A stretch of 63,589 nucleotides of DNA, the filler included, from Octopus bimaculoides (Eukaryota): the NCBI RefSeq assembly GCF_001194135.2. It is 6 parts of 6 records of this genome, joined end to end, with 100 filler letters (N's around TTAATTAATTAA, not from the genome) between each part and the next. Parts side by side here need not be neighbours in the genome. Positions count along the whole stretch, not along the records: positions 10,691 to 32,174 come from NC_068984.1; 5 more parts are not named here. One strand, written 5' to 3'. This document shows, piece after piece, positions 12,817-27,475 of this stretch. Position 1 is the stretch's first letter, and each line of letters opens with the position of its first letter. Both the position numbers and the translations under genes were made by a program. The notes under the pieces are model-generated. The model was given only the letters and a program-made list of their open reading frames with translations, had not been told where the DNA came from and made no database searches.

Positions 12817-13738
12817 TGTGTTTGTGTGTTTGTATATACACAAACATACATATATGTATGTACACTTAATTTTGCCGTTAATATTTTGCTGTTACTTATT
12901 CCACCGAGATTGATTTTACCTTTTATCATTTCGGGGTCGATAAAACAAGTAGCATTTGAACATTGGAATCGATGTAAACGACTTATCCCTTCCCCCGAAA
13001 TCGTTGGCCTTGTACCAAAATTTGAAAGCACTATTTCGTTGTTGTTTGATTTCAGGTCAGCTATGACGAAGCAAATCTCCGATCAAAGCGTTCTAGCCAT
13101 GATTATCACAACTTATTTTCAGACTACGCTTCCTGGACTATATTGCACAATGTGCCAGTTTCTTTTTAAAGATATAAAAGTTGGATTTGAGGGATGGGTG
13201 GTTATTACATTTAGTAGGTCGAACGTTCACGTAGAGGTTGTCTCGTTTCCACGAAGATTTAAGACTGTCTTTCAGAAATAAGAGTGCAGGTAACATTGAA
13301 TGTTGACAAACCAATTAGTCGGGACAGGTACGCTCTAGATCTTCCCCAACATCGCCAAAACAAACTTGAAAAGAAAAGAATAGTTTAAATTGATTATTCT
13401 CCTACCAATGTGGCAAGGCCACACATGATGTTATTTCAAGCATATTTTGGCACTTAGCGTACTTTAAAATAAACAATATTTAAAACAGTTTCGAAGTTAG
13501 ATAACACTAATTCTTTTTATGAGAAATTTACTTGATACTATTTTTTAAAAAATAGAAAATATAAACATACAGACATACATACGTATATATTTATAATTTT
13601 TGTGTACGTACGTATGTATGTGTGTACACACATCCGTATAGATAGATAGGTACATACTTATATATATACTTATACATACGTATAAAACATATATAATACA
13701 CACACACACATATATATATAGAGAGAGATATATATGTA

Positions 13739-13819
<81 letters not shown>

Positions 13820-15419
13820 NNNNNNNNNNNNNNNNNNNNNNNNNNNNNNNNNNNNNNNNNNNNNNNNNNNNNNNNNNNNNNNNNNNNNNNNNNNNNNNNN
13901 NNNNNNNNNNNNNNNNNNNNNNNNNNNNNNNNNNNNNNNNNNNNNNNNNNNNNNNNNNNNNNNNNNNNNNNNNNNNNNTTGAAGAATGAAATAAAAAGAA
14001 CGAAATAACAAAATACGTTTTTTTTTCCCCCGTTTTTCTTTTAATTTCTCAGGCTTTTTCAGTTAAATGTAACTTGGGCGAAGCTTAAGTTTATACTGAC
14101 AAGATATTTGTATCGCCAAAATAGTTAAGATGTAATGTCAACAAAAATCTTACGAAACATTGAAATCAAAATAAACAAATTTACATGAAACAAGAATTTC
14201 CAGTTAAAATGATACCACGGCTGTTATCGATCAAGATAAGAGCTTGTCTGGAAGATAAGACCAGTATTATAGGTCGAATATCGATCGAAACTCACGTAAA
14301 AATCTTCTGCTTTTCCCTGTTGGTGACTGGCATTGATCTCATGTATCTCTTGTCGTTTATTTATAGAGGAAAAATAGATTTATCCTCAATGATGAAGTCA
14401 AATTTAGCTGCACAGTTTGCCCTATAATAACGAAATACTACCGATACCATTGGCGCTTTCTACAAATCAATGTATAGGATGATTGAAATGTATGAAATAT
14501 ATGCAATAAACAAACACGTTTTTATGGAATGATAAACATCAACCTGCTGGCTACGTGCTTCTTCGTATGCCTGTGCTTTTCTGTGTTTATTCTTTTAATT
14601 TATCCGACAAACGAGGAGCTGGTCTCATACTACGAAACAAAGATTTTTCTTGGACTTAATGGAAGTTTATATAACACTAAATGAAATCACATCCTGAAAT
14701 TTAGCAACGCCTTTTGCATTTTAACAGAGCAGCATATAAGAAAGTGTATACATGTGCATGTAGTGTATATGTATGTATACAGATATACGCGCGCGCGTAT
14801 GTGTGCGTGCGATGTAAAGGTCTTCGACAAAGATAATCATAGGGTGAAATATCAGAAACTATGTGACCTCGACATAGTTAGAATATTAGGAACGTGTCTG
14901 CGTGACATTTTAAGAGACGAGAGTTAATTTGTTGCAACCGATAGTCCTCTCGGTATTAAATAATTGTTGATGATATATTTTAGAAAACTAACATGGAACA
15001 TTCATTGTTTTTAATAGCTCCTCTCAGGCAGGCCTTTGCTTATACAACTAATGACGAAATGACAATATCAAAGGCAACCAAAAGTATTGATGTTATTAGA
15101 AACCTCCAAAAATCCTAATGCAATATACAGGAGAGATGGAAGAAAAACTGACTGCATTCTAATGCTAGAAAGTTTCAGGGTCTTTGCTATCGGCCCTCTA
15201 ACACATTGCAAACGAGATACGCAAAACTGAGAGATACAGCGATCCTAGAGAGACAATCGATAGATTACCTGAGGATCAACGTAATGATACATAATTTCAT
15301 GTACATATTACAAAGATTGCAACAAAGTGCAAATGATTGGTAACATGAATTCTAAGAACGACAAACCATGTTGAACATGTGGAAGAGGTTTGTTCTAAGT
15401 GGTTTACATTATTGCCCCA

Positions 15420-15520
15420 TATCCCACTATACCAAGAATATTGCGTCTGTGGCTCAGATCAGCTACAGGAAGAAAGGCTGAAAAGATTAGGATGCTGCAT
15501 CCTGAAAGGAAGTGCAGAAA
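15420..15520 (+). mobile_element. Possible CR1-like LINE 3' fragment
   Basis: ctacaggaagaaaggctgaaaagattagga resembles the SYEERLKRLG motif of CR1-group C-termini. The match is short and degraded. Confidence 0.3.
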
Positions 15521-15534
15521 TATATATGGGAAAT

Positions 15535-15569
<35 letters not shown>

Positions 15570-16253
15570 CATACATACATACATACATACATACATACAT
15601 ACATGCATACATACATACATACATACATACATACATACATACATACATACATACATAGACATGAAAAGGATTACGTAACCCCTGTGCTTTTGTTATTCAC
15701 TGATTGATTATACGCTCTGTACGCACCTGATGCTTTCCTCTAAAGCAGTGATTCCCAACTTGTGGTCCGCGGACCCCTGGTGGGGGTCATAGAACACAGA
15801 AATATATCATTACCTGAAGAAAATCGTTCAGCTGTAGTTGTAGCATTGCTAAGTAAGTGTTTCTCCCTCCTTCGTCATTTGGGAGTATCCACTACAACCT
15901 CATTTTACTGGTTTCAGTCATTGGACAGCAGCCATTTTGAGGCACTACATTAAAAAGATTAATCGAAAGAAATCGATACCAGTAAATTTAATATTTAAGT
16001 TTTATATTTATTTAAGCGTTTATTTTTGCTAAACTGCTAAGTTACGAAGGCGGAAACAAACATAAAAGGAGGTCAAACGCAAAGATTCATTTCCACATAT
16101 GTGCAGTTTCCGTCTACCAAATTCTGTCTCAAGGCATTACTTTCCCCAGGGCTGTTGAAAAAGTCAGTGACTCTAAAGTGCCGCGTAGTAGGATTAAATC
16201 TGAAACCATATGGTCGCGAAGCGAAGTACTTAACCACGCAGCTAACCTGCAAT

Positions 16254-16321
<68 letters not shown>

Positions 16322-19300
16322 CGTGTGTGTGTGTGTGTGCGTGCGTGTGTGTGTGCATGTGTGTGTGTGTGTGTATTTTGTGCATGAAATTGTAGGGTGA
16401 TTGAAGGTGGTGCCTTCAAATCTTTACATTGCCCTCTCTTCCTAGGCTTGTGCAATGAACGATGCAGCTGATAGTCTGTAGGTTAGTGTCGGCAGGAAAA
16501 TCGTGGGTATGTTTGTCAACTGAGCAGACACCATTAAAAGTATCCAACGACTATGTAAGTGGTGTTAAACAGGGTGACATTTTAAACCTGCTACATAACG
16601 TCTGATTGACACCTTTGCTGTCGTTCTCTGACAATTTTGTTTCTGTTTTCCTCTTTTCTTCTCTTGCATACAAAATCCATAATGCTACATTTTACATTTG
16701 AATCACTCCAAAACATTTCCTGTAAATCGTTAAAGATCATGTCAAGTTGTTTTGTTTGTACGAAGAAGTTCAAAAATATTCAATTCATAAGTAGGAAACA
16801 AACATCAAAAAATTCTTTTAAAAAAGTAAACAAAACCGATATAATTTCTCACAAAGGTCATGTATCCAGTAATTCTCTATATAAGTTTTCTTCGAGAGTA
16901 ATTTCACATTTAAATGCTAAATGTGTTTATTATTCGAATGCGTCATTTCGCTGTCGAAGCTCTCTTTGTAATCTTCGCCACTTTTGATAACTAAGCCACA
17001 GGCACCATCTGCACCACTGCCACCACTACTGTTGCTGCTGTTGTTTTTAGTTGTCATTGTTGTTGTTGTAATCGCCACGTAATGTCCTATAAGGTGTCCA
17101 TCCACCTAATGGCGATTGGGGAATATTTGAAGTCGATGACATTAAACGTAGTGTGGAGTTGATTGCACAACAGTCAACATACAGAGCAATTCGATTGTTG
17201 TTTTATTTTAGGCTTGATCGAGATCTATGATAAATCATTCCAGTCGTGGCCATTTCATTTTCTTGTATATCAGGTTCTATCTTGCCAAATGTATTCTTCT
17301 GTATTTAAGACGACAGGATGTGATTTGAGTGAAGATTGGCTGCGATCTAGATGGTAGAGAGAGTAACAGCATAAAAGCTCCTTCATTTTGGATCCCATGA
17401 CAAAGCTTATTCTTTGATGTAACGATTAGTATAGCATCAATATTTAATTGCCTCTTAGGTACATAAAGATCAAATCATCTCCCGAATTACAATAATCCAC
17501 AGGCCTACTGTTTGTCTCATTTTCTATAATGTTTAAGCTACATAGAGATAAACCACCTATCACTTACCTGCCAAATAACTGTCTTCTCTATTGCAGGAAA
17601 GTCTTTCCTGTGAAAGAATTGATCTGACCACTGAAAATTAACAAAACACCAATGAAACTATTCAGTGCTCTCTGTAACTACGCCATTTTGTAGAAGGGAC
17701 GAGTTTCACTGATCAGGTCCATCCCCTGACAACATTGTCTGCACATAGGACTTGGTATGCTATGGTTATCAATACACAGATGTGTTGAAGCTGAAGCACC
17801 TACAACGATTAACAGCCGAGGAGGCAAGTGTGGCTGCCTTTTGTGAGATGTCTTTCTATTGCTCATTTCCTTGACACAGTAGCAGTCTGGGAGTCAAACA
17901 AAGACTAAGATTGGGTGCTTGACAGCTAGAATATTGGCAGGCGTTCACAGTCTTCTACCAATCAAGTAATGCAATGGGTGTAACTTTCATATTAGCGCTC
18001 TATGGAGGAATAGTGGTGAGGAAGAGTGATTAAGTCGATGTGATTACGTCGATGAGAATCACCAATTACGTCTCGTCCAGAGAAATTTCGGCCCAGGAAT
18101 TGTGGATAACTTCCAGCAATCCCTAGATAACTTCCAGAAATACCCCCACCCCGGTAGGTACCGGGGTAGAGGCAACACTGATTATTCGTGATAAACTCTA
18201 CAGTTACGTAAGTGCCGTCAGACAGGCTTGCTCAAAATGTCTGCAAAGCGAAGATATCATTCTGCATGAACCTCTTCAATAACTAGGCAATGCTAAATAT
18301 GTGGAGTTTTGTTTAACAAGCTGTTATTGCATGTACGACAGATCCGCTGATCAGCTGGATCTAGCGTGAATACCGTCTCACCACTTTCCTTTGGCCGGGA
18401 ATAGTAGACAGTTTCTTCTGTCGGTTGGCTCTGCGAATGGGGTTCTGTGAGACTGAAAGGAAAGAAGATAGACACCACTCTCTTCGGCGAAACCTTCACC
18501 CACTTTTTCAAGTTTTACTTGGAAAGGAAAGTAAGAATGAGGTGGGTGAGAATATCAAACATGGTGCATATAAACGGGCCTACATTAAGCATGCACTAGT
18601 AGACCGGTAAATGACAAAAGGCACCTTTTCTTGGTCAAGGTGACTCAGGTCTCGTGGAGGTGTCTTGATTGGCTCTAAGCAGCTGTCCATGTTATTGCGG
18701 AACTTTGTTTCATGAAAATATGTTACTTGTTTTCGTTATTCCTTTATTACACATTTGTATATTACTCTTTCCACAACGTTACATCTTGTCATGTCTACTA
18801 TCCCTCTTTTTATACCTTTGAACTCTTGTGATTAATTAAAAAGTTATTCTTATTGTGGTTGTTGTTGTTGTCTTGTTCTTGTTATTGTTTTGTTGCAGTT
18901 GTTGATTCTTATCTCCGTAATACATTATACATATCGCTCGTATAATTAATAAAAATTCAATGGATTACATATAAGTCGTGCGGATATTTTTATGTTAACT
19001 GTATTCTTATAGAAGTAGTCATTTTATTGCTGGCGTTTTTTAGTAGATTGAGAAAAGGAGAAAAAAGTTAGTTTGATCCACCAAACAACATTTTTTCCGT
19101 CAGGCATTTCAAATATGGCAACTATGGCAGTATACCCCACAAAAATAAAAAGAATTATAGAAATAAAAGTCATGTAAACAAAATAACATTTATTTGTGCT
19201 TTCAAGAAATGCACAGGAAGAAATAAAATTTTCACTGGTTAATACATCTCGTACTATCAAATACACAAACAAATATCATCAAATTTCTGAGAAAACATCA

Positions 19301-20169
19301 GCAAAAAAATAAAATAAAGAAATAAAATAAGAAATTCTCGTTTGCTTCTGTAGGAGAGGAGTATTTTAAAATTTCGATGAATTTTTTAACATGACAACTT
19401 GAGGAAGAATGGATGACATGGCACAAATAAGTGTCTAAATCTAAGACTTCCTTACTCGAGGCTCTTATCTGGAAGCGAGAGAGAAGGAGAGTAATTTATC
19501 TCTGATTCTCAAACGAGGGATTTCGCAACTGAAAATCCCCTCCCAAGAGAGGGGTTTCGTTTGCACTCAAAAGTGTTTTCTATGGAGTCCCTAGTCAATG
19601 TACAAAGGGATTTAGTTTCTATCAAATATGGTAGCGTATACAAGAAGAGTTTACTTGGTCTTTCAAGACCGAGGCAAAGTGTGGCATGAATTGTTCATAT
19701 TGCGTTTACACACCATCCATTGGCTTGCACAGTAATACATGGGTAAGCATTAAATCAAGGGTGACAGGCAGAGGCTTTCGCAGCAAATTAAACTTGGCTT
19801 GTACTCAGCTTTGTAGCAATATGGATTGTTGGTTAGCGTGGAGGTAAACAGAAATGATACGTGATCGGGAGGTTTCAGCATAGAATAACAAGCCCTTATG
19901 ATCTTTCAAGATCACATGACCATTCCAAAGGTATGTCGTGCCATGAATGCTGAAACAGTTGGAATGAGACTTGTGGTCTAGGACAGAGGACCTAGCTTTT
20001 ATACTTGTAACAGCAAAATTAACTTGAGGACTTTCTGCCCCGTGGAAGTGAAAAAGTAAAACAACAGCAACAACAGCAAGATCTAGAGGATAAGGAGCAT
20101 CAGATGATTTCTCAGCTCAGGTCTCTCGTATGTGAAAAACTCAAACGGGGTGTTCTCTGGTCCTGGAGC

Positions 20170-21115
20170 TTTCCCCGGCTTCATGCGCGCAAGTGCCTTG
20201 TTGAACTCACGGCGTGAGGGCGGCAGGGATATCCAATGGCAGATGGGGAGCTGTGGGTGTTTTGGAGGAGATAATCAGGAGTGCGTGAGTGTTCGTTAAG
20301 TTGGCACTTGAAATAGGACTTCCAGCGATCGAGGAGTCCTTGGATGTAGATTGTTGTAGATCCAGCTTCGTTCCCCAGTCCACCCACTAATGACCTTGTG
20401 GGGCCGAAGATCTCCTTGGTTGCGACATAAAACTGCGTAAGTTTCGTTAGTCCACATAGTTTTACATTTCCTCTGCTTTCTTCTGCCACCAGATGTTATG
20501 AGCTTCTCGAATTCCTCGCTGGCATTCCGCTGATACTTGCTGGTGTTTCCGTTTGTTCTCCGCAGTGGCATGGTTCTCGAGGGCTAAGCGCATCCAGAGT
20601 TTTGCTTTGATAAGACGGGAGATGGTTTTATCATTCTCGTCAAACGAGTCTTGATCCTTCTTCCGGGCAAAGCCGATCGTCTCCTCGGCGGCAGCGGTCA
20701 TTGCTTCACGAAGGCTGGTCCGGCGATCCGCAATGGAGGTTGGCTTTTGATGTCAAGGCGAGAATTAAGAAGGCGGTGAACCGCCCAGCAGTCATCTGCA
20801 CCAGGCATGGAGCGGGTGATGCGTACATCTCGTCTGTCCCTGGATCTTGTCAGAACGTAGTCGAGGATGTGCCAGTGTTCAGATCGTGGGTGTTTTTCAG
20901 GTCGCTTTTTGTCGGGTAGGGAGACGAAATATGGAGTTGGTGGTGACGAGTTTGTGCTCGGTGCAAAGGCCCATGAGGAGCTGGCCATTGGCATTGCATT
21001 TCCCAATGTCGTGATGACCAAGAATGCCATTCCACAGACAATGGTCACTGCTGACTCTGCCGTTAAAGTCCCCCAACACGACGGGTTTTTCATGTGTGGG
21101 GACTTTCTGGATGGT
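20170..21115 (-). mobile_element. RTE-clade LINE fragment: APE endonuclease and linker toward RT
   Basis: LGDFNGRV, GKCNANGQLLMGLCTEHKLVTTNSIF, HPRSEHWHILDYVLTR..DVRITRSM..DDCW..HRL and HNIWWQKKAEEM across frameshifted ORFs. These are typical RTE/BovB-like motifs. Confidence 0.9.
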
Positions 21116-24100
21116 GTAATTTAGTGTTTAGCCAAAGTGATTTAACTACTATAAGACTACCTTAACTTTGGAATTTGAAAATAAAATGCTGAAGATTGAA
21201 CAAACTATTCCATTCTGTTCATGCGTTTTTTTTTAATCTACGGCTAAATAAAGCTTTAGCATGCCGTCTCATTTATTCTTCTTCTTGGACCACATGTCTA
21301 CAATGGCTAAATGTGTGCTGTTCGCGTGATTAGGTGATTATCTCTGGTATTCAGTATCTAGGCAGAATTTGATTCAAAATACAAAACGCCAGTATAAATG
21401 CCACAAGGTATCTATCTTGTCTGTCACTTTAATATTTTTGTCAATCTATAAACATGAACTATATTTACCGACCCCAAAAGAATGTAAACAAAATTATCTT
21501 TGACAGGATTTGAACTCAGGGCGTTTGCGTCGTTCAGAAAGAGACGCTGGACACGCAATCATCAACTGAAGTCGACTACTTGAATTACTTTGAATTTATT
21601 TGGTCCTGTGCTTATAGCAGAAACAATTATTACAAGAGCAATGGGTGATAAGATAATGAACTCGTAGAGCGTGAAACAGAATGGTTTGTAGTACCGTTAC
21701 ATTCCTTTTGCTTCTACGATCAGATCCTACTTTGGTCAACTTTGTTTGTCATCCTTCGTTAGTAAAATAAAATAACTACTAGTCAAATTATTGGGTAGAT
21801 CTAATCGACTATAGCCCGTCTATAAAGATTGTAATCATGTCTCTACGTTAAAAATCATTATTATTGCATTATCACAAGATAATAGTATGAACATTCAAAC
21901 GTTTGAATGTTGGACGCCAAACAGATTGAACACACACATATACACATAGACACACATACATAAAAATAATTGAAAGTATATTTCATTAAAAAAATAATTT
22001 GCTGTTATCATTTTCAAATTACAATAAGTTGCTTCAAAACTCAATCGTGATTAAGTTTCGATGTATTTCTATTACATTTATTTTCTATGAAAAAAAAAGA
22101 TAAACTGAAAATAAATTGAAAATATATTTCATTTAAAAAATAATTTGTTCTCATTAAAACAAATAATCGATGTTAAGTTTCAATATATTTCTGTGTTTTA
22201 TTACGAATATTTGTCGACAAAAATGTTTTTCGTTACATGTGGTGTCGAGCAATATGTTTTCGATCAATGTTTTCGTTTTGCGAATGTTTTTCTATCAATT
22301 CGTCTTTCGATCACTAATCTTTTTACGAATGCGCTTTCTATGAATTTCCCATATCCGTATTGAATATTAGATTGTCATTTCCACAAAGCCGGGTCTATGA
22401 TATGGCAAACGATTTTGTGCTATATAAACCGGCTCTTCATTCTGAGGTCAAAATTCGCCAAAGATAAAGCACCAGTCCAAGACTGAAAATTGGTAGAATT
22501 ATAAAAGCGTCGAGCAAGATGCCTTGTGTTTTTTGTTCTAGCTCTTTGCATTCTGGGTTCAAGTCCTGCTATGACCTATTCGGTTGGTAGGCTTAATTCG
22601 TTACCCATTTTAACCCCAACACCTAGTCATGGGTTATCTTCAACAGAGAAGATATCTTGGCTAGAGATTTCGGGCTAGGGCTCCAGTTTGAGAATTTCCT
22701 CCCTTGTTTCTAACAGTCTCGGAGACTCTGAAAGAATATAGAGTCATATAAAGTGCCCTTCACTTCCTGACTAGAAATTAAAACAATTCCCATATTTGTA
22801 GCCCACCCTACCAACCTGACTTCTTCTTTCGGAGCATTTATATGGTCAATTATTCTGCTAGAAATAGCCAACAAATCTCACTGATCTGTGTTTATTCTAG
22901 ATCACCGCTTTTGAGGATTTAATCGATCGTACCAGAACTTATTTTAAGTCTCTTATTCTATCAAACCATTTTTGCTGAACCACTAACTTAAGCGTATGTT
23001 AACAAACCAACACTGGTTGTCGAGCTCTGAGAGAGAAACACAAAGCAAAGATCCACGTACACACATACACGTAAATATGAATACATATTTGATAGATTCC
23101 GCACTTTTCATCTCACAAGGCATTGATCGGCCTAGGGCTTATAGTAGAAGATACCTGCCCAAAGTGCCACGCAGTGGGACTGAACCCGAAACTAAAAGTG
23201 GAAGTCTTAATTACTCAGCTACACTTTCGCCGAAAACAAATAATGTAGTTCTAGACATGCACAATGATGGGATGGTCGCCGGTGGAACGTCAGTGATCGT
23301 GCCAAATACATACAATTCAAAATGACCGTCGAACTGAAAAGCAAAAGTTTTAAAGAGCCAACAATGGAACCTCTATGCGACTATTCAGACTGCTAGAAAT
23401 ACCAACCACATCTCAAAGCACTTTATGTTTTCATTATTTATTTATTTATTATTTGTCTTAAAAGGGGAGAAATGATACTGTTATGTCTCAAACTACTGCT
23501 ATCTAGCACCTTCGGATGATCTCTGCTCAACCGCTACACGACGGCTACTTAACTGTCAGTCCACTGTCAGTCAACTGCTACTACGGTCAGATGACCTATA
23601 TTTATATGTCTTGAGGGCGTCGACACAACAGATACCTTGGCTAATATTGTGCTTGATACACTATTCCTGAACAAAAGATCGTAGGCTCTTCCCTGAACTG
23701 TCTTTGCTCATCGGTCCACTTGATCAGGACGAAACGTGGAGCTAAAGGAACAGCAATAGCAATAGTGGGAGCTTACATGTTGTCAGTCGATCTGATTGAA
23801 ATAACAGCCAAATTTCACTCAAACCAGATCTCGCCGTCTCAGAAAAGAACACGTCGGAAATTGCAGTTTAGGGTTTCTTGCACAAAGGAAACAAGACGAT
23901 AAATATTTACAAGACAGTAAATATATTACATTGATTATAGTTCTGCTCGATCAAGACTGACCTGGAGTAAAACAAACAACGACAACAATAACAATAGCAA
24001 CAATTGTTTAATCAAATTCAGGTCTATTATATATGTTTCGTTGCATTTTGCTTCTTATTTTTTCCCCTTTCATTGTTGAAGGAGAGGTTATTCTTGACTG

Positions 24101-24373
24101 AGTTGTTGGTAGATTTTTGGTTGGTTGGTTGGTTGGTTGACTGGAAGGTTAACAATATTTGTTCTTTTGGTGTTTTAACGTTTCTATTTACTTATTTTAA
24201 TAGAATTTATTATAAACGACAACGCTGTCTCCGTAGTTCACATGACATTTTCTGAAAAGAAAAGTAGTGAACTGACAATAAAGATATTTAAGTGTCAACA
24301 ACACCAGATTGATTGTAAACTGGAGTTACTTGTTCAGTGTAAATAATTGAAAATCCAGTTTCTCGTCCAAGAG

Positions 24374-24488
<115 letters not shown>

Positions 24489-25435
24489 ATTTTGTTATCT
24501 TTTTGTATGTGTATGTGAGTAGCATATCATCCTCTTTCTATCAATCAAGTTATATATGTTTGTGTGCGTGTGTGCATACGTACACCTGCAATAAACTTTG
24601 TATGTAGCTTATCAATACGATTGAAATGCTCACTGCGTACGTACCAATCTAGGATCTTTCAATGGACCGAGTTTCACGTTTGTACAATGTATAATATTCA
24701 AAATATCAACAAACATTTGACCTGCAATAAAACATGATACACAGTTTACATGCATACATATACACATATATCTATATACATAAATATATATATACATACA
24801 TCACACACACACATGTGTGTGTATGTGTGTGTGTGTGTTTTTGTGTGTCCGTGTCTGTGTATACATACATATATGTAAAATTTATCCCAGCTGATCCAGG
24901 CGCCTGTACCTGCGGGGTTTCCTTGTCGTGTAGCCTACACACCAGAAGGCTATTAACATCATTAGCACCATGTTATGCGGAGAAACGCTCTTACTAATCG
25001 GTTTCATGAAAAATAATAAACTCCTTATTTGAGAAGAGAAACCTTGCAATCGTCAGATATATTTCACACAAAAATTTAAAAATAACCATGTCTGTATAAC
25101 AAGGTTCTTTATTTATATTATGTTCAGAATACATTCACTCTCTTCTTTATATCGAATCTGCTCTTTTTCCTAAATTATATATCCTCCACGCACAACACGC
25201 ACACACACACATACACAAACACATACATACACACACATGCATATATATGTTTATACAAACATACATACATACATTCATACATACATAAATGGATGAAACA
25301 AATAGGTATCATTGGTTATTACTGCTAATGTTTTCATAACTATTATCTAGAGTGTATGTATACAACTGTATGCAGTTGTGTGTGTCTATATAAATACATA
25401 CATAATATATATATGTGTGTGCGTGTGCGTGTGTG

Positions 25436-25482
<47 letters not shown>

Positions 25483-25578
25483 TATATAAGTACATTGTAC
25501 ACATACATACTTATATGTATACGAAATAGATAGACAGTATATATAATTTGTATATGTTTGTATGTACGCATGTAAACA

Positions 25579-25654
<76 letters not shown>

Positions 25655-25821
25655 ATGAGAGAGAGAGAATAAGAGAGAGAGAATGAGAGAGAGAGAATGA
25701 GAGAGAGAGAGAATGAGAGAGCGAGAGATGTGCATGTGAGTGTATTAAACGTACATATGTAGATACATACATACATACATACATACATACATACATACAT
25801 ACATACATACATACATGGATG

Positions 25822-25853
<32 letters not shown>

Positions 25854-26578
25854 TTAAGACTCTTGTGAACCTCACAATATACATCTACTCAAGGCATGTT
25901 TGTACTAAGAGTTATGTGCAATAAATTAGAAATTAGTTTGCGCTATGACAATATTTATGTGAAATAATATACGGAAAGAATGACCCTCGAATTTATCGAA
26001 ATATATTTTTATAAAATATGTGCTTATTTAACTTAACGTAACTTCTTGGAACGCCTAAATGTGTGTGTATTTGTGTGCATATGCGCATGAGGACGGACGT
26101 GTGAGTGGCCTTGTCTTGGCTTATATGTAATATTTACATCGACGTAGATGCTGTCATGTCTTTATTTAAAAAGCACGTTTTGCAACCAAATAATTTCTGA
26201 TTCAGTATGACTGTGCGGCACCTTTGGCAAGTAGTTTCCACTATAGGCTCGTACAGAACATTTCTTTTTTTTAAAGTCTGGTTGACGGAAATTGTGTGGA
26301 AGATCGCATACAAATGGCCGCAGACGCGTGAAACGAATGAAAGAATAAACGAATGTATGTATGTATGCCATTGTTTAGTTTTATCTCAAGATTTCTTACC
26401 AATAGAGAAAGAGCCGGTTTCTAACCTAGATCCAAAGTTCCTTCATTGGAATTTCAACATCAACAACAGGTATTTTTGTTTGTATGTATATATGGATGTA
26501 TATCTGCAGATTTGTATGTTTTGCTTATGTATGTATTCTCATGCATATAGTTGCATATCTAGACATGCTCATATATAT

Positions 26579-26966
26579 TTAAATTATATACTTCTGGAAA
26601 GTTTTACAGATTTTTTCAGTTCCAGTGATGGATTGGATCTTTGGTCTTCGAATTAGCTTTCTCCTTTCTGGTTTTGAGAAGCCTAATTTCTCAAGATTGG
26701 TATTTAGGCAGTGAGTTACATATCCCAGAGCCCATTAATTACAGGTATAAACCTGAACTTGTAATCTCGATAGAGTAACTGCAGATTTCTCAATAGTTCA
26801 GCGTAGATATTCTCTTTTTCACTGATTTTCAGCTTTATGTTAACATCCGCTGGGCAGCTGATTTCCACAACTGTACACACTTTCCCTTCACCATTCCAAA
26901 TCATTATATCAAGTCTACTGTGCTTATACTTTATTGAGTGTACTGGGACATTCCACCAGTACTCCT
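26579..26966 (-). mobile_element. Non-LTR retrotransposon 3' end with restriction-like endonuclease (R4/NeSL/R2 group)
   Basis: EYWWNVP..YKHSRLDIMIW..KVCTVVEISCPADVNIKLKISEKENIYAEL..FRFIPVI, then after a frameshift GALGYVTHCL..KICKTFQKYII*. This fits the PD-(D/E)xK RLE layout. Confidence 0.8.
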
Positions 26967-27475
26967 TTTTAGTATGTGTAGATGTATGTATGGTTGTATG
27001 TATGTATGTATGCACGTACTATGTATGTATGAATGTAGTGGAGGCGCGTAGCCTAGTTCAGGCTGCTGCACTCACGATCACTACATTGTGGGTTCGATTC
27101 CGAGACCGGGCGCCGCGTTGTGATCTTCTGACATCTGGTGCTAATTGCTATGTAATATATATATATTACATAGCAATTAATATATATACTTTAATATATA
27201 TATGTTTTCTCGTGCTAGACGACAAAACAAAATACAGCAAAAATGGATTTAGGCAGTATTCTGTCTCATTTCGTTAGCAAATTTCAAACATTTTATAGCT
27301 ATACATAAATAAACAGAGAAAAGATACCGAACAACTTGCAGCCCTCTTTCGTCAAGAACTCAATGGCGGTACGTGGCTTCTGTTGAGAATCCATAGTTTG
27401 CTTGCAAGGAAGAAATGTAGGAAGAAGGTTTATTCTGAGAACTTATGCAATTTGAATGTTCTATGCCATTGAATG

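Noticed and set aside
11732-13031. Long ORFs of 347-411 aa
   Set aside because: They are read through N gaps and dinucleotide repeats. The same applies to the ORFs at 40431-41282, 50326-50888 and 54690-55451.
13066-13180. Neuropeptide-precursor-like peptide (RSKR site) after a ttcAG acceptor
   Set aside because: It is short, unrecognised and has no supporting donor or partner exons, so it is compatible with chance.
22145-22363. 72-aa ORF, or its antisense frame, as a Penelope fragment
   Set aside because: No diagnostic motif could be identified in either direction.
23700-23740. Hammerhead at gtcc..ggacGAAACG
   Set aside because: There is no CTGANGA core upstream on the same strand.
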